Shown in pieces: positions 25,704 to 38,740 of a stretch of DNA of 64,000 nucleotides. The stretch comes from Selaginella moellendorffii. Lineage: Eukaryota; Plantae; Lycopodiophyta. Each line of letters begins with the position of its first letter. Within the stretch, counting starts at the first letter, position 1. A program made the position numbers and the translations under genes. A model generated the notes under the pieces. It was not told the origin of the DNA. It saw only the letters and a list, made by a program, of their open reading frames with translations, and ran no database searches. The DNA is taken from assembly GCF_000143415.4 (NCBI RefSeq), contig NW_003314270.1:532527-596526 (forward strand), given 5' to 3'.

Positions 25704-26675
25704 ATGGAGTCTCCAAGCCATCCTGATTTCTTTGCTGAAGTCCTTGCAAAAATCCAGTCTGAGAATACCGAGCTGAAGGCGACCCTTCTTCGCACGCAGC
25801 AGGAGCTTGCTTCACTTTCAGCTCAAGGATCCAGCAAAGTTCCTGAACCGAAGGTGAGCTTCCCAGCGAAATTTTCAGGCAAGCGTTCGGAGCTTCACGG
25901 ATTCCTGAACCAGATGGAGTTGATCTTCGCACTTCAACATCGACAGTACCCTACTCCCGAGTCTCAAATCGGCGTGATTGGGACGTTGCTCGAAGGTGCA
26001 GCTTTGTCATGGTTTTCTCCTCTTCTGGAGAAGAGCATGAAAGGGGTCGTGGTTCCAGAGCTTTTGGATCTTCAATTGTTCAAAGAGAAGCTCGAAGCAT
26101 GTTTTGGCGAGACGAATCGGGTTCGAGCTGCTACCACAAAGATGAGACGTCTCTCTCAGGGGTCTCGTCCTGCCTCGATCTACGCTGCAGAGTTCCAACT
26201 CCTTGCTTTGGACACTCAGTGGGATGAGCGGGCCCTGATTGACCAATTTCGTTTCGGACTCAACAACGGTGTCAAGGATTTGTTGCTCACCATGGAGGAT
26301 CCCAAGGACCTGTCGGATGCCATCAACAAAGCTGTTCGATGTGACAATCGTCTCTTTGAACGTCGTCAGGAAAGTCGCCGCGCCGCTGTTTTTCCGTCCC
26401 AGACTCAGGAATCCCAGCTTGAGTCTTCGGGGCATACTCCTGAACCTACTGCTCCAGTTCCAATGGATATTTCTGGTACTCCCCGACTCATTAGAGGGAA
26501 GTTGAGTCCTGCTGAGAAGCAACGTCGAATATCTCATAATCTTTGCTTCTATTGTGCTGATCCTAATCACAAAGCAGCTGTATGTCCCAAGAAGCCTCCT
26601 CGACTGCTCGAGTTCACTCTGCCTCAAAGTCCACCTCTATTGCAGTCAGGAAACGACCTTGTCCAAACAGAGTAG
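25704..26675 (+). CDS. gag: Gag of element C (PEG10/sushi-like capsid + CCHC zinc knuckle)
   Basis: PKVSFPAKFSGKRSELHGFLNQ, LSQGSRPASIYAAEF, PVPMDI, CFYCADPNHKAAVC. Confidence 0.92.
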   Translation: MESPSHPDFFAEVLAKIQSENTELKATLLRTQQELASLSAQGSSKVPEPKVSFPAKFSGKRSELHGFLNQMELIFALQHRQYPTPESQIGVIGTLLEGAALSWFSPLLEKSMKGVVVPELLDLQLFKEKLEACFGETNRVRAATTKMRRLSQGSRPASIYAAEFQLLALDTQWDERALIDQFRFGLNNGVKDLLLTMEDPKDLSDAINKAVRCDNRLFERRQESRRAAVFPSQTQESQLESSGHTPEPTAPVPMDISGTPRLIRGKLSPAEKQRRISHNLCFYCADPNHKAAVCPKKPPRLLEFTLPQSPPLLQSGNDLVQTE

Positions 26676-29600
26676 GAGCTGTTTGTTTGGACTCCCCGAA
26701 TAAAAATCACTTTTCTTCTTTATCAAGCTCCTCACCATCTTCATCAAAGCCACCACCAATTCCCGCAACTTCCGCGTCCCATGTCTCCTTTCTTTCACCG
26801 GACAATCAGGACTCAAGGCTCTGGCATTACTGGACTCGGGTGCAACTTCCTGCTTCATGGACACGGACTTTGCTGCCCGACATCACGTTCCTCTTTCTCC
26901 TACCATACGGGATTTGAGGGTTGAAGGTATTGGCGGGCATTTTGTGTCTCCATCTTCTGGACTTAGGGAAACGTTGCCCGTTCGAGTACACATCGGGTCC
27001 ACCGTCACCGATATCGCCTTCAACATCATCAACAGCAAGTCCTCCTCTGTGGTGCTCGGTCTTCTACATCAGCCTCAGATCTGTTGGAAGGAATTACAGC
27101 TCATCTCTCCCACGGCTTCCCCTGCTGTTCATCGAGTCCGAATCAGGAAAAGTTCCCTAAACTCAAATCGGGGTTCTGTTCCTGACTCTATAAAGTTTTC
27201 ACCCTCTTCTTTTTCCTCTCTTCCATCTTACACTGGACCGTATTTTCGTCTCATCATTCCATTTAGTCGTACGCCTCCTCCTATCTCCACAATCACTATG
27301 AAAGAACTCCTTCATGAAGAACCTCTTTTTCTTTTTTCTTTGCATGTTTCTCCTGTCAGTCTTCCTGAGAAGTATCATGATTTTGGGGATGTGTTTGACA
27401 AGAAAAAAGCTAGTGTACTGCCTGTTCATCGGCCTTATGATTGTCCCATTGATTTACAGGAAGGAGCGTCACCTCCGTGGGGGCCTATCTATGGGTTATC
27501 CCCGTCCGAGCTTAAGGCCCTCAAAGAGTACGTGGATGAGAACCTTGCCTCGGGCTACATTCAGCATTCGCAGTCCCCGGCTGGAGCACCTGTCTTCTTT
27601 GTCAAGAAGAAGGATGGGAGCTTGTGGCTAGTCATCGACTACCGAGGTTTGAACAAGGTGACTGTTCGGAACCGTTATCCGCTGCCCCTGATCTCGGACC
27701 TGTTGGAACGCCTCGGCGGTGCCCGCTTCTTCACCAAGATTGACCTCTGTGGAGCATACAACCTGATCCGGATCCGGCCTGGTGATGAATGGAAGACTGC
27801 GTTCCGAACCCGCTATGGCCACTTCGAGTACACTGTCATGCCATTTGGCTTGACAAATGCTCCAGCAGTTTTCCAACACATGGCAAACGACATCTTTCGG
27901 GAGTTTCTTGATCAGATGGTGATCGTCTATCTCGATGACATCCTCATCTACTCAAAAACTCAGGAGGAGCATGACAAACATGTTCACAAGGTGCTAGCGA
28001 AGCTACGAGAACACAGCCTATACGCGAAGCTTGAGAAATGTTCCTTTGATCAGCAGTCTGTGGAGTTCCTTGGGTACATTGTCACTCCTGAGGGTATCAC
28101 GATGGATCCTGCCAAAGTCAAGACTATTCTCGAATGGGAGCCTCCACAATCAATGTCGGACGTTCAGGTTTTCCTTGGCTTCGCCAACTTCTACCGCAAA
28201 TTCATTGATCACTACTCTGACATTGTCCTTCCTCTCACACATCTCATTCGCAAGGATGTTCCCTTCTCTTGGTCTGCTGCTGCCTAGCAGGCCTTTGACA
28301 CACTCAAGGTGGCCTTCAGTTCTGCTCTTGTCTTGATCCATGCTGATTCCTCACAACCTTTCTTCATTGAGGCTGACGCCTCCGACTTTGCCATTGGTGT
28401 TGTGCTGTCTCAACTCGGAGCGGATCACGAACTTCATCCGGTCGCTTTCCATTCTCGGAAATTCTAGCCTGCGGAGATCAATTACGAAATCCATGACAAG
28501 GAGCTCCTTGCCATCGTGGATTCCTTTGGAGAGTGGCGCCGTTTCTTGGAGGGGGCGAGCAATCAAACAACAGTCTGGACGGATCACAAAAATCTCGAGT
28601 ACTTTGCCACTTCCCGAGTTTTAAGCCGTCGTCAAGCAAGGTGGGCACAATTCCTGAGTCGGTTTGACTTTGTTATCAAGTACAGACCTGGAAAGTTTCA
28701 AGGCCTTCCTGATGCTCTTTCAAGGCGCTCCTATCTCAGTCTCAAGCTTGGTAATCCTGCCTTCGATCAACAGGATCAAGTTATCCTCGGTCCTGATCGG
28801 CTTCAAGTTATGGCAATTTTCCTGGCCCCTCAGGACTCCTCCTTGATGGATGCAATCAGAAACAATCTTCAATCCGATGATCTCGCTAGCGACATTTTCC
28901 CCCATCTTCAGGCTGGACACCCAGTGACTCCCGACTGCCGGCGATTTGACGAGTTCAAGTTCTTAGATGGCTTATTGTACCGTGGGGAGCAGCTTTACGT
29001 TCCTGAAGGTGATGCTCGAAGGTTGGTCCTGATGGCGTGCCACGATAGCCCGACTGCTGGTCACTTCGGCATTGCGAAAACCTATGAACTAGTTGCACAG
29101 GACTTTTGGTGGCCTCACATGGACGACTACATCAAAGCTTTTGTTACCTCCTGTGACACTTGTGCTCGGAATAAGGTACCTCGCCACCTTCCTTCAGGTT
29201 TGCTTCGTTCCCTTCCGGTCCCTTCAGGTCCTTGGGAATCCATCTCCATGGATTTCTTGAGTGATCTTCCGAGTTCTAGAGGCTTCAACAGCATTTTAGT
29301 CGTGGTGGATCGCTTCACAAAGATGGCGCACTTCTTGCCATGTACCAAGGAGTTTTCGGGCGAGGACATGGCAAAACTGGTATTCAGGGAAATTTTCCAA
29401 CTTCATGGGATTCCTACAGATGTGGTTTCGGATCGGGGGCCTCAGTTCATCTCTCATTTCTGGCAACAGTTTTTGCAGCTGCTTGGAGTGAAGGCCAACC
29501 TCTCTTCGGCATATCATCCTCAAACTGATGGGCAGTCCGAGCGAACGATTCAGACATTGGAACAATTCTTGAGGTGCTTCATCAACTATCATCAGGATAA

Positions 29601-30393
29601 CTGGTTCGATATCCTTTCCCTTGTTGAGTTCTCCTATAACAACTCTGTTCACTCCTCTCTTCGAGTTTCCCCCTTCTTTGCGAACTCTGGCCGAAATCCC
29701 CGATTCAATCTCTCACTTCCTTCTCCATCTGAATCCTCTCGTTCAAATCCCCGCTCTGAGGCATTTATCTCCAACCTCCAGGAAATCCACAACTCCATCT
29801 CCTTCCACCTCCATCGTGCTCAGGAATTTCATAAAACATTTGCCAATGTCCATCGTCAGGATTGTCCCCCTTACAATATCGGGGATAAAGTTTGGCTCCT
29901 CAGGCGAAATATCTCCACCACCAGGCCCTGTCCAAAACTCGATTTCAAACGCCTTGGTCCTTTCCCTATCACTGCTATCATTAATCCTGTCACTTATCGC
30001 CTTGCACTTCCCTCCTCATATCAAATTCACCCCGTTTTTCACTCCTCTTTCCTTGAGCCTTATATTCCCAGTCCTATTCCAAATCGGGTCATTCCTCCGC
30101 CTCCACCAGTGCAGCTCGAGGATGGGTCTGAGTACGAGGTTCAGGACATCCTTGATTCCAAGATTTCACGGTCTAAACTCTACTATCTGGTGGACTGGAA
30201 GGGTTACGGACCTAAGGAACGCACTTGGGAACCTACAGACAACCTGCTTCATTCTCCTGACCTTGTTCAGGACTTCCACCGCCGCTATCCTTCTCGTCCC
30301 AGTCCTCATTCTTTTTCTCCATCTCCCATCCCTCACCGCTTATCTCATCCTCCTCTTCGTTCTCGTTCACATCCTCGTTCCAATCGTTCTTGA
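26650..30393 (+). pseudogene. pol: Pol of element C (protease, RT, RNase H, integrase, group I chromodomain), disabled
   Basis: ALLDSGAT, YLDD, EADASD, integrase HHCC/D,D,E/GPF, and EYEVQDILDS..YYLVDWKGY..TWEP. In-frame TAGs at 28285 and 28465; apparent 1-nt indel between 26700 and 26760. Confidence 0.93.
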
Positions 30394-30863
30394 GGAGGGG
30401 GTGCTGTCAGGAATCCCCCAATTCTTGCCACATTCCTGACTCTCGAGACACTTCCCTATTCCTGACTCTCGAGACACTTTCCTATTCCTGACTCTCGAGA
30501 CACTTCCTGATTCCTGAGTCTCGAGCCACATTCCTAATGATGATGTGGCGCCTCCTCGACCTCAACTATATTTAGGCCGTCCTCGATCCAAGAGTGGTGG
30601 AGCTTCATCAACCTATAGTATATATAGGTTAGCCTTGTTCCATTTCTCCACAATCTGAATCAACACCAGTCTAAGGCTTCTTCTTTGTTTTCACTAGCTT
30701 TTTCTCTTTGTCTTTAGCATTTTCCAGTCTTGATCTTGTTGGGGGTCTTGACAGAGTGCAAGAATGTGCAGAAACCATGTTAAGACAGTCGGGTGAGGAT
30801 ACGGTCCTAGGTCACGCACTAAAACAGGCTATGGATGTCTTGTATTTTGAGATGGAGACTCGG

Positions 30864-33800
30864 TGTAGCGCACGTGGTTTTGACCCTTTATCCTATGGTG
30901 ATTTACCATAGGATAACACCATGAAGCAGAACCGAAACCCTCTTTGTGCCACGTGACAGATGCCACGTGTCATATACCACGTGTCCATGCCACGTGTCCA
31001 TAGGAACCCGAGGTTCAGGGCCTTGGGCCACTGAACGAAGGAACGGTGCCAAACTCCCAAGCATGGAGCCAAGGAGTGACGGAACCGAACCACGGAGCAA
31101 ATCTCGAGCATATAGCCCAAGGAGCAAAGGGACAGGGGCCCGGAGCAACTTGGAACAGTCCTGGAGCAACCTGCTTCCCAATGCCAGGACCAGCATGCAA
31201 AACGGAGCCGAACGGAGTCTGGCGCTATTTTGGCATACCGGTGGCCTAATGTGAGGATATGGGTACTCCACCAGCTAGCATGGAATGGAACTTGGGCTTA
31301 GACCCAAGCCGGACGCAGAACAAGGACAGGCACGCAAGCGGGAGCTAGACTATGCCTCAGGCATTGGTCGAGGCCATGCCCGACCAGACCCCTTTCCCTT
31401 TTAAACATTTGGAACCCCCCAAAGGCCCCCCCCCCCCCCCCCCCCCTTGAGGAACACACGCTTTGGGCTTTCACCCCAAGCCTCCCTTAGTATCAGGAGT
31501 TAGTCTTTGGAACAAGCTTGAAACTTACTAAATATGGAATGTCCTTAGAATGCGAATTTGGACACGGGACGAACACCATTGTGTTCAGATTGATCTCTAC
31601 ATTCCGTAGATATGCCAAATGAGCAAATCTGGACACTTTCCATAAATAGCATTTGGGACCGAAATAAGACTAACACAAAGGGCATGATAGCGAGGGTGTT
31701 TGGCAGACACGGTAAGCTATCATCTAGCGATATTGAGGGACCAAGCTCAATATCGCAGAGGTTCCCAACACTAGCAAGTGCAAGTCAACATCATGAGTTT
31801 CTCATCATCGTGTCAAGTCTGCTTGACTAAATGACAACTTAGGATTTCCTTCCTTAGTGCCCTTCCGGTCTAAGTGCACATGTGATGACCAGTTTCTCAA
31901 CTAGCTTAGGCAGAGACTAATAACGGGTCTAGCAATACCGACCTCCTGCCATCGTGGCAGTAAGGTAAGAGTGTCCGTAAGGACTAGCCGACAAGTAACT
32001 TTCGATACCTGAAGTCACATTCGCGACACTCTCCCCCCCTTGGGAAGATCGACGTCCTCGTCGATGCATACTCCAGTCTAGAATACCGCCAAGGAAACAA
32101 CTCCATAAAAAGTTCACGGTACTCACACTATGTGAGAAATGCACCAACTTAAATGAGTTAGGGGGCAACCTCTTTGTCTAACGCGGATGTGCTACCAGCT
32201 CAGACACCTTCCGGCCGTCGCCGACAAGGAAATGACCAACGAAGTCAGCCACCCTTGCTGCTCTGGGGGTCACCCAGCTACAAAAGTGTGATATGCCCCT
32301 GCCCGCAGGAACATAGAGAGAGAAGCCAGAGGCCCCAACCCTCCTAAGCAAAGAAACCAAACCCGTCGGTAAGGTTTAGATAGACTACTGTAAACAGGCA
32401 GTTTAGAGTTGTTTACACGGTCACGCCCTTTCAACAAAATAAGGAACATCGACAGAGAGGTGGGTTATGTGACCAGTCGACAGTAACTACCCCATGACTA
32501 GAGATTTCACCATGCACACGAAGTGTCGAAGCCAGTCTGCCTATACTGGCCCAAACTCAAAGATCAATAGATGGACAATATCAAAGTCATAGACAATGAT
32601 ATTTTAGAGTCGGAATTATCAGTGAATAAATCTTATATTAGAACACAAAAGTATTCCAAGTAAGGTATTATCTGATAAACTAGTATTATAGCATAGGAAC
32701 CACCAAGATCATCATAATTGATAAACCTAGGAATCACCATCCAATAAAATTCAATAGCAAGTAGATCATCAAGGAAACTCAATGATAAAACTTAACTACC
32801 AAAAATGGCAGATAGCATGCCAAACAACTCACAAAACACAACTCAAAGAACACAAAGTATCATTGACTAACAAGCACAATGCTCGCGAATGTATCACCCG
32901 AAGGAAATAACATCCTAATCTATGAGAACTAACTCGAGCAATAATCATCAGAACAAAATGAATGTTGCAAAGCAAACAAACGCTTATTCATATCAACCAT
33001 TGCACTAGCCAATCCGGATAGATCCTAGCCAATAACACCAAGGAACTCAAGTTGCCTAAGCAAGTGTCAGCAACATCCTACTGATGTCTCAAACCCAAGA
33101 GACCAATCCAGAGCAAACCACAAAGAACATGTGGTATTGCGAAAAGCCATAAGCCATCAAAGAGAACAACTAACCATCATGAAAGATCATCAATCATCCC
33201 ATCAATAAAAAGATGCATAATCATCGTCTAAGAAGGAATCCACCATCCCGAAGAACGGCAAACCATTCTATATCAGCAATAATCAAGCAAAACTTTTTGA
33301 CAAGGATAATCAACTATCCTAGATGATAGTCAATCATCATCAATGATTGCTAAATGCAAATACTAACTTGTACATCGAAGCTAAAGAGCCAAAAATGCCT
33401 TCCCCCCAACAACTTCTAACAAATGGAACAATGAGCATAATAAACTCAAAGGACCAAAAGTTCGAAGAAGCCTATAGCCAAGTCTTGCCTAACAATGATC
33501 ACAAGTCTCGCACGAACTAACTTCAATGCTAAAGAAGAAATCATGGTAGAACCACAATATCCCCTTCAATACATCTAGAAGCTAAACTTCATAATGCGAA
33601 AGCTAATGAAGAGCATGTCTGCATCAATCCAAAAGCCAAGCATAATGAAGTTATGCTCAACAAGTGATCATCTAATTGATCCTCCATGAATCCATCTTTA
33701 GCAAGACGTAATGCACTTCATAACAAGCGCAAGACGAATCATCAATGATTGATATATCTCAATTCAAACCCAACAAGGATTCAATCACTTCAATACCAAT

Positions 33801-36800
33801 CACTAACACATCATCTCGTAAAGTTAGCATAGTCCACGACTAAATCACTTTTCAAGGAAAAGCCAAAGCTTAACCCTTACTAAACAATCTCATCTAGAAC
33901 ACAACTAACTCAACTTGCCACTCAGTTCATTTGAACGTCAATATAGTTGCTAACTAGCAAATGCATGAATGCCAACAACACAAAGCTAAAGCCAAATCAT
34001 CAACACTATTTTCATCAGGACTAATGAAACTCAATATCAATCCTTGGAAGGATATCTCATTTCACTCGAATCTCAATGTCAACAACATCAATGACAAGGC
34101 ATCACTTTAATGCCATCAACATCAGGACAAAGTTAGAAGAAAGCTAGAGTGAATCACCACTCAAAACTTCCTAGCAACCAAGCTAACCACAGTCGAAGAT
34201 ACCTTAGTGTGTATCCAAGACCAATCCTTCAGCAATACTCAGTTTCAGATACACATCATCAAGGAGTGATTCACCAGGTCCAAGACTCAATGAAATCCAA
34301 CACTACGGACTAAACGTAACCAAATGATATCGACAGAGGTAGAGTCGACAAGCCAACATGAAAAACTCATGTAAGTCTAACGACATGATCCTCCGCAACA
34401 CCACCCGGTAAAGCAAGCCCATCACTGCTAAATCTTCATCGAGCAAAGCAAGTGTCAACAATCCTCGAAAAAGTCTATAAGCAATCACTAGTCGCAAAGC
34501 AACTAACAATCACTCCTCAACTTGCTTTCACAAGACCCAAACACCAACTCTTATCATCAAGTTATATACTTGTCCAACATGAACGTGATACCCCAGGTAT
34601 GAGATAAAAGTTCATAGACAAGCACAAACTAAATGACTACTCGAATCCAACTCAACTGCAATAAGCTCACTAAAACATTTAGCCACTAGCTCTGAGCATG
34701 CTTTGAAGAGGCTAGCTATGCGATCAACACTCAGTCGAAACTAAAGTGAAGACCATAAGATGGACTCATATCGGTACACAACCTCCTCATAGACAAAGCT
34801 ATAGTACGGGTATCAACATCGCAACCTCAAACAACTAAATTGGACATCACCATCCTCAGCCAAGGTGCAGGGCCACCAAGACCAAGTCAAGATCAGTGAG
34901 AGCTCATTACTCTCATAGAGTCTAACAAAATGCAAGGTGCAACCTGCCACCAAGCATAACGCTACAAAAGAAAGGTACAAGGGTCACCTTTCTGAGAAAA
35001 GTGCAACAACAACTTTCCTATATCAACTCTAGACTCTATCCAACTCAATTGTTTTAGCCCCAAAAGTCAGCATCCCTTTCGGGCCGCATTATACAAACTA
35101 CCTATCAAGGTCTAAGTTAACCGAAGTCAACTCCAACCCCTTCACTAGTTTGTACTGGCCTTCGAAAACGGAATGGTTTTCGGACAAAATGATCAATAGA
35201 TCAACCATTGGAAAAGTCTAAGAAAATTTGTGGAAAATTTCCCATCCTAGAGAAAGAATGACTCTCAGTCCAGGATTGCAAACTTTCAAGACTCAACCAA
35301 CTTCCTCCTACCAACAACTTCACATAGGCTCACCTCAACACAAATTCTCATGATCCAACAACATGCTTAAGCATCAAACATCTTTGCCCATATAACCGAC
35401 ATCCAACACTGACATCTGCAAAGTGCAAAATGAACATCCAAGGCTTGATCACGAAGACCACATCTTCGGATATCCATATTGCACTAACACTCTTCTTCAA
35501 TCACCTTCAAGATCCAATGTGAAGCCAAAACACTAACAAGAAAAATGACATGGAAAAATCAAGGTCCAAGGAAAATTCCTCATCACTTGAAATAACAATG
35601 CCACTTCCGCTAACACAAGTGTTAGTGATGTCAATGCCTCAACTCCACATCTTCTCCATCCAACAATCTACTCCAAGTGCTAACGGATCAACCGACAAGC
35701 TATAGCAAATGAATGCTACAACCCTTTTCTAACACTTTAGTGGGCAAACTTAAGGAAACAAGGTACCAACTTAAGCTTAGCATAATGGACCACTATAGAG
35801 AATCCAGTCAAAGCTACTACAATGCTACTTTGTGCAAGTAGCCTAGCTTCTCCATCAACCACTTTGGGGTTGACCCAAGCAACTTCGTAAATGCATTACT
35901 CTTTATCACATGGATATGATATAAGCATCACAATGACTTGATCATCAATTGAGTAACGCAATGAGCAATGCCTATGTCATTACTTCAAACGTTTATGTGA
36001 GTATCAAATGCCAACTCGATTCGACAAAATGCAATATAAATGCCACACTCCACCAATAGAGGTTTACGACACCCAACACCACTAACTTTTGTTCACAACA
36101 CGGACAAGCTCATGCCACTCTCTTTCCGACCAAACTCAACACTAATCCAACACCAAGCTACTCAAGGAGCAATAGCAAGGTTCCCCGGAAAAGAATTGAG
36201 CATTGCAACCCAAGTCTTTCAATAGCGAGTCTAGACAAAATGGTTTAGTGTTTCACCACTATCCATCCCATAACTCACCATAGGATACCACCACTTCCAA
36301 CATGCATCAAGGTAGGGACTCTTGATTGCATAATGTGAACACGAGCAATGAGTCACACCTCGTTGCAAATCATCTCTCCAAGAAGAGAACATGATTTACG
36401 TCTTTGATCCTCCATCCCTGAAAACTCTCTTTTCGGTCTCATCTTTGACTAAACCTCAAGCTTGCTTTCGCACTGCCTTCAGTTCAATCGAAGAAAAGTT
36501 TATGAGAGAGCACGGCAATGATTACTTGAACCAATAGACTATTCCCTACAATCTTGATTAATCCACTTATAATCATGCCTAGGAAGGATCCACTAGTGCC
36601 GTGCTAAATAGCTACGGACCAGCCTATTTGCCACTCATAACAAACCCAGGTAGGTTTGCTTTCACCCATGGTACAAGGAATAACTCACGGAACCACTAAT
36701 AGGCTAACATTAATCTTGCCAACTCAAAGCGTAACCTCGAGTTGCTAATGTGCCTCACTCATGAGCCCAAGCTCAAACTCGTGTGAACAGAACATCTCCA

Positions 36801-38052
36801 ATCCATCCTATGAGCCCAAGCGCAAGCTCACATCATAAGGTACAAAAAGGTAACCAAACCTATCCCAAGGTTTGGTTATCTCTGATACCAAATGTAGCGC
36901 ACGTGGTTTTGACCCTTTATCCTATGGTGATTTACCATAGGATAACACCACGAAGTGGAACCTAAACCCTCTTTGTGCCACGTGACAGATGCCACGTGTC
37001 ATATACCACGTGTCCATGCCACGTGTCCATAGGAACCCGAGGTTCAGGGCCTTGGGCCACTGAACGAAGGAACGGTGCCAAACTCCCAATTATGGAGCCA
37101 AGGAGTGACGGAACCGAACCACGGAGCAAATCTCGAGCATATAGCCCAAGGAGCGAAGGGACAGGGGCCCGGAGCGACTTGGAACAGTCCTGGAGCAACC
37201 TGCTTCCCAATGCCAGGACCAGCATGCAAAACGGAGCCAAACGGAGTCTGGCGCTATTTTGGCATACCGGTGGCCTAACGCGAGGATATGGGTACTCCAC
37301 CAACTAGCATGGAATGGAACTTGGGCTTAGACCCAAGCCGGACGCAGAACAAGGACAGGCACGCAAGCGGGAGCTAGACTATGCCTCAGGTTGGTCGGCC
37401 ATGCCCGACCTACCCACTATCCCTACTATACATTTGGAACCCCCCAAGGCCCCCCCCCCCCCCCCCCCCCTTGAGGAACACACGCTTTGGGCTTTCACCC
37501 CAAGCCTCCCTTAGTATCAGGAGTTAGTCTTTAGAACAAGCTTGAAACTTACTAAATATGGAATGTCCTTAGAATGCGAATTTGGACACGGGACGAACAC
37601 CATTGTGTTCAGATTGATCTCTACATTCCGTAGATATGCCAAATGAGCAAATCTGGACACTTTCCATAAATAGCATTTGGGACCGAAATGAGACTAACAC
37701 AAAGGGCATGATAGCGAGGGTGTTTGGCAGACACGGTAAGCTATCATCTAGCGATATTGAGGGACCAAGCTTAATATCGCGGGGGTTCCCAACACTAGCA
37801 AGTGCAAGTCAACATCATGAGTTTCTCATCACCGTGTCAAGTCTGCTTGACTAAATGACAACTTAGGATTTCCTTCCTTAGTGCCCTTCCGGTCTAAGTG
37901 CACATGTGATGACCAGTTTCTCAACTAGCTTAGGCGGAGACTAATAACGGGTCCAGCAATACCGACCTCCTGCCATCGTGGCAGTAAGGTAAGAGTGTCC
38001 GTAAGGACTAGCCGACAAGTAACTTTCGATACCTGAAGTCACATTCGCGACA
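30864..38052 (-). mobile_element. Family A copy A3; LTRs 30864-32028 and 36893-38052
   Basis: TSD CTCGG at 30859-30863 and 38053-38057; reverse-complement PBS at 36881-36890 and PPT at 32029-32042. Confidence 0.95.
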
Positions 38053-38627
38053 CTCGGCCAGATGATTTTCCCAAGATGGTCCTGGAAGAACAAGCCATCC
38101 AGCCTGAGCAGCCTATGGAAGAAATGCAGAAGGGGGATGAGGAGCCAGAGAAAGATAATGAGCAGGAAGAGCAGAAGGACGAAAAGGAGGACAAAGAAGA
38201 GGAGGACGAAGAGGACTTGGATGGTCCTCACAATGGTGACGATCACAATAACGACGACGACGATGATGACGACGATGGCCAGCTTGAGATGGCCAAAGAG
38301 CAGTGGAGGAAGGTCATACAAGACAAACCATCAGGTAAATAATAGTACATCCATTCCTAACCTTTTATCATTTCTAACATTGTCCATGTAGGTCGCAAAG
38401 AAAATGGTAAGTAGAGATTATTCAGTTGAATTAAGATACAAACTCTAGCCTTTAGTGTCGAGGAAGGATAGTCCCATGCAAGGGTCGAAACGTATGTCCA
38501 ATCTGTCGCGAATGTGACTTCGGGTATCGAAAGTTACTTGTCGGCTAGTCCTTACGGACACTCTTACCTTACTGCCACGATGGCAGGAGGTCGGTATTGT
38601 TGGACCCGTTATCAGTTTCCCACTTGA

Positions 38628-38740
38628 NNNNNNNNNNNNNNNNNNNNNNNNNNNNNNNNNNNNNNNNNNNNNNNNNNNNNNNNNNNNNNNNNNNNNNNNN
38701 NNNNNNNNNNNNNNNNNNNNNNNNNNNNNNNNNNNNNNNN
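38628..38740. other. Assembly gap (113 N) inside the A4 5' LTR
   Basis: Run of N; flanks align to the 3' LTR at a constant offset of 13621. Confidence 0.99.

Larger units (their letters stand above)
25258..30753 (+). mobile_element. Ty3/gypsy chromovirus (element C, Tcn1/Tf1-sushi-like); 349-bp LTRs 25258-25606 and 30405-30753
   Basis: TG..CA LTRs differing by ~6 substitutions; TSD GGGTG/GAGTG (one mismatch); PPT GAGGAGGGGG; domain order gag-PR-RT-RH-IN-chromodomain. Confidence 0.97.

Noticed and set aside
31358-31410. Cluster of differences between the two A3 LTRs as a real mutation burst
   Set aside because: It lies directly beside a >20-nt C run where sequencing errors are expected; needs read-level confirmation.
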